A stretch of DNA of 64,000 nucleotides, from contig JBAXAI010000001.1 of the NCBI GenBank assembly GCA_037142615.1, forward strand, positions 160,001-224,000, in the 5' to 3' direction. Positions 30,228 to 38,700 of this stretch are shown here, in pieces. Position 1 is the stretch's first letter. Every line of letters begins with the position of its first letter. The notes below the pieces were generated by a model. It was not told where the DNA came from, ran no database searches, and saw only the letters and a list, made by a program, of their open reading frames with translations. Source of the stretch: Spirochaetales bacterium (GTDB lineage Bacteria > Spirochaetota > Spirochaetia > JABEVK01). The position numbers were made by a program, and so were the translations under genes.

Positions 30228-31139
30228 TTGGACCTGCTTGTGCTGTACACGGACCGTCGGACCGACGACTTTCAGCAACTTGAGCGCCGTTTGTCGTCAT
30301 TGGAAATCACCAGTCACGGCCTTCCTGTTGCTTCACATTGGTCGGTGAACGATTCAGAGGATGTGTTGTTCCAGCTCAAGGAGCATAGCCACTACCTTTT
30401 TCTGCTGGGAGAGGACGAACTCGCCCACCCGATGTTTATTTTTGCATCGGGGTACTTTCTGGCCTTGGGCGAGCGCTCGTTTATCTGGGAATCCGGAAAG
30501 GCGTCTTTCCCCGGGTTCTGGGGCAATACCATCTTCATCAGCAGAGCCCTGGACGATTTACTGGCCCGTCTGATCGCAGAGAAACAGCGGTGGAAGGACT
30601 TCCTGGAGCGCCTGGAAGCCAAGGGGCAGTTGCTTGAGCGGGGCTTTGAAGTCACTCCCTCGGCCCTGTTTGAGACCGTCGAAAAGGGCGACACGACCTC
30701 GGTCGAGTTGTTCCTCAAGGCGGGGTTCACTCCGGACCAGACAAACAAGAAGGGCGTCTCCTTGTTGGGACTCGCCATCCGTTTCAGCCACTTGTCGGTT
30801 TTGAGGCTACTCTTGCAATGGGGTGCAGACATCAACCTCCGCAGCCGCGATCGCGACAATACCCCCGTAATGGATGCCGCCGCCGAGGGCCATCTGGAAA
30901 TGCTGCAGGAACTCATCCAGAAGGGGGCCGATTTGGCGGGTCAAAGCCGCAACGGACAGAATGCGCTCGTCTTGGCCATCGGGAAGGGTGCAGACGCGGT
31001 CTCCCGCGTCCTGCTCGAAGCGGGTGCAGATCCGTTTGTCGATGACAAACTTGGCATGAGCGCTCTCAAATACGCCCAAATGTTTGGTCGCAAAGAGATC
31101 GTCGAAATGGTCTCCACCATGTATCCCGGACGAATGTAG
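30228..31139 (+). CDS. Ankyrin-repeat protein with an N-terminal TIR-like domain
   Basis: AAGGAGG then TTG 30228. Ankyrin repeats (DNTPVMDAAAEGHLEMLQELIQKGAD, GQNALVLAIGKG) and an N-terminal alpha/beta pattern resembling TIR. Confidence 0.85.
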   Translation: MDLLVLYTDRRTDDFQQLERRLSSLEITSHGLPVASHWSVNDSEDVLFQLKEHSHYLFLLGEDELAHPMFIFASGYFLALGERSFIWESGKASFPGFWGNTIFISRALDDLLARLIAEKQRWKDFLERLEAKGQLLERGFEVTPSALFETVEKGDTTSVELFLKAGFTPDQTNKKGVSLLGLAIRFSHLSVLRLLLQWGADINLRSRDRDNTPVMDAAAEGHLEMLQELIQKGADLAGQSRNGQNALVLAIGKGADAVSRVLLEAGADPFVDDKLGMSALKYAQMFGRKEIVEMVSTMYPGRM

Positions 31140-31149
31140 AGCCCGGACG

Positions 31150-32409
31150 CTATTGCAGTTTCTGGCTGGCTTCCATCTGGGCCTGCAACTCGAGAGCCTT
31201 GGCCGCCGTATCGCGCATTTCTTTGGCAGGCAAAAAGTTGGGTAAAACCTGTAGGGCTTTGTCCCACTGGAAAATTGCCTGGTCAAGGTTGCCCTTGGCG
31301 TAAAACTCCAAGCCGGCCAGGTAGTATTCCCTGGCAGAGGTTTCGCGGTCCTGACGTCCCAGGTCACCGAGGTTCATCTTGACCTCGATGCTGACCCGGT
31401 CGAAGGGGGTAAGCGTTGTCATCAAGTCGACGGTGTAGTTGAAGTTCATCGTCAAGGAGTCGATCAGGATGGTTGCTCCCGCCGACAGCCGGGGACTGCC
31501 GGAACGGAAGTTCAGACCCGCCTGGACACCAAGGTTTTCCAAGAGTGCCCAATTGAAGCCGACCGCCTCCGAAATAGCCTCGGCGTTGTTGAAATCCAGC
31601 CCAATCGGCCAGGTAAAGTAAAACGGCAGGTTGGTATCGAAAGAGAAGGTCATCGGCTTGATGGGACTGTAGGCCAGTCCGACCACCAGAGAAGTTGGTA
31701 GGGGGTCCCCGCCAACTGGCAAACCGAGGTTCTTCATGGTGAGAGCCAGCGCCAGATTATTTTCGCGCGAGTAGTAGAACTTGAGGAAGTTGACCTTGGT
31801 AACCGCGCCGAGATCGAAAAGCAAGGTGCTGGCGGACTGTCCCTGCGCAATGCTTTCGGGAACGCTCCGCGAGGCAAACTTGACGTTGCCGCCGACGGTC
31901 ACTCCGTTGAAATAAAACGTGTGCAGAAGGTTGTAGGCGAGGTTGGCCGTACCGATAAACTCCGTATAGTAGCCTTTGGCGGTTTCTGTCGACCACGAGT
32001 TTTTGTACCGGGTTCCCCAGGTGTCGATGGCTGTAAAAGGGAGGTAGAGGAGTTTCGCGCCTAAACCGATGCCCAGATCGGTATCGCGGATCGTGAAGAC
32101 GGCGGCCTCGAGCCGCGATTCGCCAATCCAGTCATTGTGATAAATCGAGATTTCGGTGTCTTTGAGCAGGGCGCTGCCGGCGGGGTTGGCCTCCATGTAC
32201 CCCGAGTCCCTCAGGACGGCGGAATAGGCGGTTCCCATGGCTTGGTACATGCCACCAGGCGGAATAACCAACGTCCAGAAGGCGGCCTTTCCAGCGTGCG
32301 GATCGATGCCAGCGATGTCGGCAAGGGCCTTGTACCAGTCTTCAAGACCCTGCGACGAGGCCGAGCTTGCCAGAAAAAGGAAAAGGAGGGCCGCCGCGAA
32401 TCTTTTCAT
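31150..32409 (-). CDS. UPF0164 family FadL-like outer-membrane protein with a C-terminal TPR
   Basis: Signal peptide, IPPGGMYQAMGTAYSAVLRDSGYMEANPAGSA, HNDWIGES, amphipathic beta strands and TPR YYLAGLEFYAKGNLDQAIFQWDKALQVLPNF. Confidence 0.85.
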   Translation of the reverse strand: MKRFAAALLFLFLASSASSQGLEDWYKALADIAGIDPHAGKAAFWTLVIPPGGMYQAMGTAYSAVLRDSGYMEANPAGSALLKDTEISIYHNDWIGESRLEAAVFTIRDTDLGIGLGAKLLYLPFTAIDTWGTRYKNSWSTETAKGYYTEFIGTANLAYNLLHTFYFNGVTVGGNVKFASRSVPESIAQGQSASTLLFDLGAVTKVNFLKFYYSRENNLALALTMKNLGLPVGGDPLPTSLVVGLAYSPIKPMTFSFDTNLPFYFTWPIGLDFNNAEAISEAVGFNWALLENLGVQAGLNFRSGSPRLSAGATILIDSLTMNFNYTVDLMTTLTPFDRVSIEVKMNLGDLGRQDRETSAREYYLAGLEFYAKGNLDQAIFQWDKALQVLPNFLPAKEMRDTAAKALELQAQMEASQKLQ

Positions 32410-32421
32410 GAAGTTGTCCAC

Positions 32422-32430
32422 ATTATACCA
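32422..32430 (-). promoter_or_regulatory. Extended -10 TGGTATAAT for the UPF0164 gene
   Basis: Reverse complement of ATTATACCA, 12 nt before ATG 32409. A divergent TATGAT lies at 32439-32444 on the + strand. Confidence 0.6.
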
Positions 32431-32486
32431 TAAAAGGGTATGATAGCCAAACCTGACGGGTCCTGGATGACCCCGGAGCCAGTGAA

Positions 32487-35400
32487 CTGAAGCCCGCCGT
32501 AGCACGCCTTGGAATCTCCCTCTTGTTCCTCCTCGTCGTCGTTCCGGTGTTGCCGGCTCAGCAGACCGACTTCTTCACCTCGATTCTCAAGGGTTTGGGA
32601 CTTGTCAAGGAAAATCAGGTCACCATTACCGACGCCACGTCGTTGATCGAGGCCAAGGATTACGACGGCGCCCTCAAGGTCGCCCTTTCACTGATCGAGC
32701 AGCAGAACTACAACGATGCCATGGCCATCGCCAAGCAGTTGGTTCCTCTCAAGCAACTCGCGCCGGCCGTTAACATTACCTCCAAGCTCATCGCGCTCAA
32801 CCCACATCCCGAGCAGCAGATCGTGTTCGACGGGTACGGAGACTTTCTGGCGATTGCCGACCTGTTGATCAAGGAGCAGGACTACAATGACGCTCTCGTC
32901 GTTCTGGCAGGCGTTATCCGCCGTCCCGACTACCTCGATGACGCTCAGGTCCTGATCAACAAGGTTCGCGACTTGCGCAACCGCTACAACAGCCTGGGCG
33001 ACGAACTGGTGGCTGCCCTCAAAGTTGGCGACGCCGAGAAAGCCAAGGGGATCATCGTGACCATGGAGTCGGTCGACAAGAACCCCAACGACAAGACTCT
33101 GGTTCAGATCAAGCTCGCCAAACGCTCGGTCAACAAGATCGTGTTTGAGAAGCAAGTCAATGCCATCATGGACGCCGCAGCCCTCCTGTTGAAGAACCGC
33201 GAGTACGGCGCAGCCATCCTGAAGTATCTGGAGGCTGAACCCGTGGCCAAGGCCGAGTTCGCCGAAAACCAATACGGCAACATCACCGAGAACCTCGTGA
33301 ACCGTTCGTGGGACGACCTGAAGGCAGCGACGGCGCTGCTCACACCCCAAGAAGCCGCCCTCAAGACTTCGGCCACGACGGGGACCCGCTTGCTTGGCGG
33401 TCCCTTGGCTGATCTCACGGCCGGGCTGGCGGGCCTGACTGACACCTGGAAGAGCTTCTTTTCGTGGCGAAAGCGGGTGTGGGCAAGCAATCAGCAATTC
33501 CAGACTCAGGCCAGCCTGATCTTGAAAAGCCGCACCCAGGATGACTTCTACCTGACGTATTCGTTGTGGCTTGACCAGGGGCGGCCCACCGCGAAGGCCC
33601 CAGAGGGAATCCTGTATGCGATGGACCAACTCTGGACCGAGGCCATCACCCCGTGGAGTCAACAGATTCGAACCAGGGTCGAAACCCAGTACCAGCAGGC
33701 CAAGACAACGTTCGAAGCCGGTCAGTATGACGCTTCCCTGACGGCCTTTCAGAGTCTGAAAGTGCTAACCCGTTCTTCGGTGGACCTGCTGGCCTTGAAC
33801 AACCTGCAAGCCTACGTTCTCGACGACGGTTCGCTTGACAGGGCCTACACGGCACGCTTGAAGGACACCCTTCCTCTGGCCGTTCAAGTTCAAAGCCGCC
33901 TGCTTCTGGCCAACCAGGGTGCTCAGGCCAGCCTGGACTTGAAGGCGCTCGCTGTTGCGTCTTCGGACCGGAACCTCGACCGACCGGGGCTCGAAGCAGC
34001 CCGAGCGAATGTTCGTACCATGCGCGAGAACTTCATTGCCGATGCCGAAAAAACGACGTCGGGAATCCGCCGGGAAACTTCGCTGGCCCAGGACGGGTGG
34101 AAGCTCCTCGACCCCCTCGCGGTGTTGAACGGTTGGCTGGCCCAGTGGAATACTTTCCGGCAGAAGGCGGCCGGGCAGGAAGCCGTCTTTGTAGACCGCC
34201 GGGGCAAGCTTGACTACGACCTGCTTGACGGCAGGAACGCCCAGTTGGTGGCCTCGTTGGCCGCAGCCCAGACCCAGGTCCAGGGTGTCGTCTCGGTGGT
34301 CGCAGGAAATACCCAGACTAAGCGGCTGCCCCTGCAAGCATCCGTGGCTCTCGAGGCGCTCCGGCCGTTGCAGGATGTTCTACAAAAAGACATCGCCGCT
34401 TTCATCGGCCTTTACGACGGCGAAACCCCCGAGGTCAAAACGGCCGCTGTTCTGGCTTGGCCACCCAAGGGCCGCACTTTGCTGGCTGCGCTTGCCCAGA
34501 GCCAGGCATTGCAGACCCAATTGTTAGCCACCGCCAGGGCGAACTACGCCCAGTCCCAGACGCTCAAGAAGCAGGGGCAAGACCTCGGGCCTCAGGTCGA
34601 AGCCGCGATTGGGGCCGAAAACTTCCCGCAAGCGAAGACGCTTCTGACGCAGATGTCAGGCCTTTATACCCAGTCGCTCGCCGCGCAAGATGACCCGGTG
34701 TTCGCCGCTTCGGCCGAAAAAGAAAACGCCCGCCTGAATGACCTCTATAACAAGGGCTTTCAGAATCTGGTGGTAAAGGATGTGCGAAAGTACATCACCG
34801 ACGGTAGCCAGGCCTACCTGAACGCGCAATTTGCCGCCGCCGAGCAGGTTCTCACCAAGGCTAAGTCGCGCTGGGCCGAGGCGTACGGCGACGCCAACGA
34901 GGAAGTTGCCCGTTGGCTCAACCTGGCGACTATCGCCCAAGGTGCGTCGACCGGCCGCGAGGTGAACGCGATCGACCCGTTGTACAACGAGGTTCAGCAG
35001 TTGCTGAACTTTGCCCGCCGCGACTACAACGACGCGCAGGCCCTGCTCAAAGCGGGCAAGACCAAGGACTCCGACGCTCTGTTCGACCGCGCCATCGGAG
35101 TCTTGAGCAAGATTCTGCTCATTTATCCGTTCAATCAAGAAATGGGTCTGCTCAAGTTGCAGATCGAAAAGGACCGCAACCCCGATGGGTTCTCGGCCTT
35201 GTTCAAGACCAAGCTCGACACGGCCGTGGCCCAGATTGCCAAGAACCCGGCTCAGGCCTACACCGACCTCCAGGACCTCGACAAGATTCAGCCTGGAGAC
35301 GCATCGTTGGCTGCAGCCATCAAGCGGGTACGCACGGTGCTCGGACTGGAAAAACAGCCCCTGGATCCCGCCAAGAAGATCCAGGCCGACAAACTCTACG

Positions 35401-35732
35401 CGCAAGCCAAGGCGGCTTACGACAGTGGTAACATCAACCGTTTTGCTCAGGCCAGGGTCGACGTTGACAGCGCGCTTTCGCTGATCCAGCCCACCAGTGA
35501 CGCCCGCTATACGGCACTCAAGGACTTGCTGTCGCAGTCCACAAACACCTCCGTGACGTTCTCGTTGGCTCAGCAGGCAGAGTGGGAATCCATCCTCGGC
35601 GCGGTCAACCAAGGCTCCTTCGTGATCGCTTCTGGCTTGCTAGACGGGTTCAAGAGAAAGTACCCTAACACCGTGAGAGACTCCCGCGTCGTGCAATACA
35701 CCGACAAGATTTCCAACGGACTCAATCGATGA
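32487..35732 (+). CDS. Large secreted alpha-helical/TPR protein (probable CTG start)
   Basis: GGAG-N8-CTG gives a complete signal peptide, MKPAVARLGISLLFLLVVVPVLPA. Helical repeats run throughout (QDYNDALVVLAGVI, QYQQAKTTFEAGQYDASL). Confidence 0.8.
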   Translation: MKPAVARLGISLLFLLVVVPVLPAQQTDFFTSILKGLGLVKENQVTITDATSLIEAKDYDGALKVALSLIEQQNYNDAMAIAKQLVPLKQLAPAVNITSKLIALNPHPEQQIVFDGYGDFLAIADLLIKEQDYNDALVVLAGVIRRPDYLDDAQVLINKVRDLRNRYNSLGDELVAALKVGDAEKAKGIIVTMESVDKNPNDKTLVQIKLAKRSVNKIVFEKQVNAIMDAAALLLKNREYGAAILKYLEAEPVAKAEFAENQYGNITENLVNRSWDDLKAATALLTPQEAALKTSATTGTRLLGGPLADLTAGLAGLTDTWKSFFSWRKRVWASNQQFQTQASLILKSRTQDDFYLTYSLWLDQGRPTAKAPEGILYAMDQLWTEAITPWSQQIRTRVETQYQQAKTTFEAGQYDASLTAFQSLKVLTRSSVDLLALNNLQAYVLDDGSLDRAYTARLKDTLPLAVQVQSRLLLANQGAQASLDLKALAVASSDRNLDRPGLEAARANVRTMRENFIADAEKTTSGIRRETSLAQDGWKLLDPLAVLNGWLAQWNTFRQKAAGQEAVFVDRRGKLDYDLLDGRNAQLVASLAAAQTQVQGVVSVVAGNTQTKRLPLQASVALEALRPLQDVLQKDIAAFIGLYDGETPEVKTAAVLAWPPKGRTLLAALAQSQALQTQLLATARANYAQSQTLKKQGQDLGPQVEAAIGAENFPQAKTLLTQMSGLYTQSLAAQDDPVFAASAEKENARLNDLYNKGFQNLVVKDVRKYITDGSQAYLNAQFAAAEQVLTKAKSRWAEAYGDANEEVARWLNLATIAQGASTGREVNAIDPLYNEVQQLLNFARRDYNDAQALLKAGKTKDSDALFDRAIGVLSKILLIYPFNQEMGLLKLQIEKDRNPDGFSALFKTKLDTAVAQIAKNPAQAYTDLQDLDKIQPGDASLAAAIKRVRTVLGLEKQPLDPAKKIQADKLYAQAKAAYDSGNINRFAQARVDVDSALSLIQPTSDARYTALKDLLSQSTNTSVTFSLAQQAEWESILGAVNQGSFVIASGLLDGFKRKYPNTVRDSRVVQYTDKISNGLNR

Positions 35733-38700
35733 CAGGTGTCAAACGGTGGATGCTCACCGTGCTGCTGGCGGGTATGAGTTCCCTTCTTGGGGCCCAAACC
35801 ACCTTCTGGGACGATCCGGAAACCTTGGGCTTCAAAGCCTCCGCCTTTCCCGTCACCGTGGGGAACGCCCAGGAGGCCGGCGCTTTCTGGCAGGTGAAGG
35901 CTGGCGTGGAGGGAGGCTGGCCACAGTATTACCTGGCTTTCGTCCACCGTCATCTGGGTGACCAGACATGGTCGGCTCCCCGAAATGTGCTCGGGCCCTT
36001 CACGCTGACCGGCGGCGATTCCCAGTTCTATTCGGCGCTTTGGACCGCCTCGGGCGATCTCTGGGTGGCGGCGCTGGACAAAGAGGGCCAGGTTACTATT
36101 TTTCGGTCGAAAGACCAGGGGAACACCTTTGCTTCCGAAGACGTGCTGACCAGCCCGCGAACACAAACCCTTCTGGTTCCTCGGTTGTTTCTCAACGCCG
36201 CCGATGAACCCCTTCTTGTTGTCAACGAGGCCGACGACGTGAGTATCCGCCTTTCCTCGGCCCTTTTTCACGGGGGAGTCTGGAGCGACTTGAAGCCGTT
36301 GGCCCCGGCCAGCGAAACGCTCAGCAGTTATCAGATTTCGGTCTCGGCTCACGGAAGCGTGCTCACGGCCGTCTACCAGAGCCCCAACAGCCGCAACAAC
36401 TACCAGATCTACCGGCGGGACTCGCTCGACGGGGGTCTGAGCTGGGGACCCTCGGTGCTGCTTTCCGACTTTGACCCGACGGTGAATCCGGACCTTTACG
36501 ACAACCAGCGGCCGAACGCCCTTTGGTACAAGGACCGCCTCTACGTCGTTTGGGAGCGCAAGACCGCCGGTACGCAGACCCTGCTGCAGTGGCTGGCCTT
36601 CGACAATGCCGGCAAAGTCGTTCCCGGTTCGGCGCGCGAACTCACCACGAACGACTATTCTTCGCGCAATCCCCAGTTGTTCAGTTTTGGCGGCCGCCTG
36701 CAAATGACCTGGTTTGAGAACCAGAGCCGCGCCTACAATCAAACGCTGGCAACCTGGAACGCCGAGGTTGCCAGCTTCACCTCGAAAGTGCTTTCTGACA
36801 GCCCCGGCAACAACTACCTCGGTCAGGCTATCGGCCTTGGTAGCGATCTTTACGTGTTCTGGCAGTCAGTTTTTGGCTCAGGAACAGCGGCGACTTCTCA
36901 GGTAGTGGTGAGGGGACCAGACCTCCGCGTCGCCGCGCCAACCATTGTGCCGGTAAACTTCCTCGCCGGCCGGGCTTCCAGTAACGCCGACTTCCGGGTC
37001 CAGATTTTGTACCCGCGCGATATCTCGGGAATCACCGGAGCCAGTTGGTCATTTGGCAAGGATTCTGCTCAGGTTCCGGAACCCGTCGTGACTCTGACCG
37101 GGAAGGACCCGACTCTGGTCGTCCATGACAGCTTGGAGGGCGAAACGTGGCTGGCTGTGCGCGTACGGGACTTGGCCGGCAACTGGTCAGCTCCCGCCCT
37201 TCAGAAACTGGTGCTCGATTTGACTCCCCCTGGTTCGGTGCTTTTCCGCCTTCCGGCGGTGGATACCGAAGGCTACCTGACCTCGAACACGTTTGACCTG
37301 TCTTGGGACACCTCGACCGGCGAGACTTCGGCCTGGTCCTGGCGTTTGGACCGCATCGGCGATTTTGCTGTACCGGCGACCCTCCAGAAACTGAAACTCG
37401 ACCGGGCTCCGCTCACCCCGACGGGAGCGGTTGCCCAGTTCTCGAGAACCAACCTGGAAGACGGCGTGTGGAGCCTGACGGTTGCGGCCTTCGACGAAGC
37501 GGGAAACCAGGGGCCTTCCTCCAGCTTCTTTTTCCGCCTCAACAAGTACAAGCCCTTCACGCTGATCAACCGGGTCGTGATCTCCGAGGACGACTTCCAG
37601 CGCTTCACCCTCGAGCTCCAGGGCCTCGGCTTCACCGCTGGGGGGCGAGTGACCACCGTGGTTCTGGACCGCGACGGCAAAGCTCCCTGGGACTATCAGC
37701 TTGCGCCGGCGACACTTACCAACACGGTCATCACGGCCCGGGCGGCAGATCTGCAACAGGGGGTCTACCGCATCGGAGTGCTGCACAGCGTCCGCGGTCC
37801 CACGTTCGCCACCAAGACGCTGCAAGTCGGTCAGAACGGCACCGTGAAGCTCGGGGACTTCCGAAACCTGGATGAGACGGTCTGGGAGTTCTTCCGCGGA
37901 GTTGCAGTCTACTTCTCGGTCAATACCGCGTTCTTCTGGGTCGTAGTCGCCTTCCTTGCGCTGGCGATTGCCTTCTCGGCGAGGCAATTGGGCCGGGTAT
38001 GGACCGAGATGCGCCGGGTTGACCGTCAGGCAAACGACCTGTTTACCGATACCTATAGCAAGAGAGCCGAACTGAGCAAGATCGCCTCACTTGGCAGGAG
38101 AGTTTCCATGCAACGCAGAGGCCTTGGCCTGACCATCAAGTTCGCAGCCTCGATTCTCGCCTTGACCATCGCCGTCATCCTCATGCTGGCGCTCGTCCTT
38201 GGCTTCGTGATCACCGAGAACTCGCGGACCAGCCTGGGGAACGCGCTTCAGCAGCGGGCCGATGTGCTCCTCGAAGGAATGGTTTCGGGGGCGAGGTCCA
38301 ACCTGCCTACGGCCGAAAACAACCTGTCGGAGCTCATCCTGCTGCCCTCGCAGATCGCGTCGATGCGCAAGGATGACCGTCATTTGGACGCGATTTTTGC
38401 TACCATTACAGGACGAATCAACCGTGAGCCAGGCAAGAAACCGGGGTATTCGTACCTCTGGTCGACAAACGATCCCGACTATCTCAAAAAGATTGATACC
38501 CCGCAACTCAATCGTGGCGTGTCGACCTGGAAGTCGACCGACGCAGTCGAAAAGGCCTACCGCGAACTGCAGACTTCGCTCAATCAACGGGCCCGCCAAC
38601 AGGTCGGCGACTTGACAACGCAGGTCGATGCGCTCAACAAGCAGATTGTCGACTACAAGGGTTCTGTCACCGACGCCAAGTACCTCGACCTCACAGCCAG

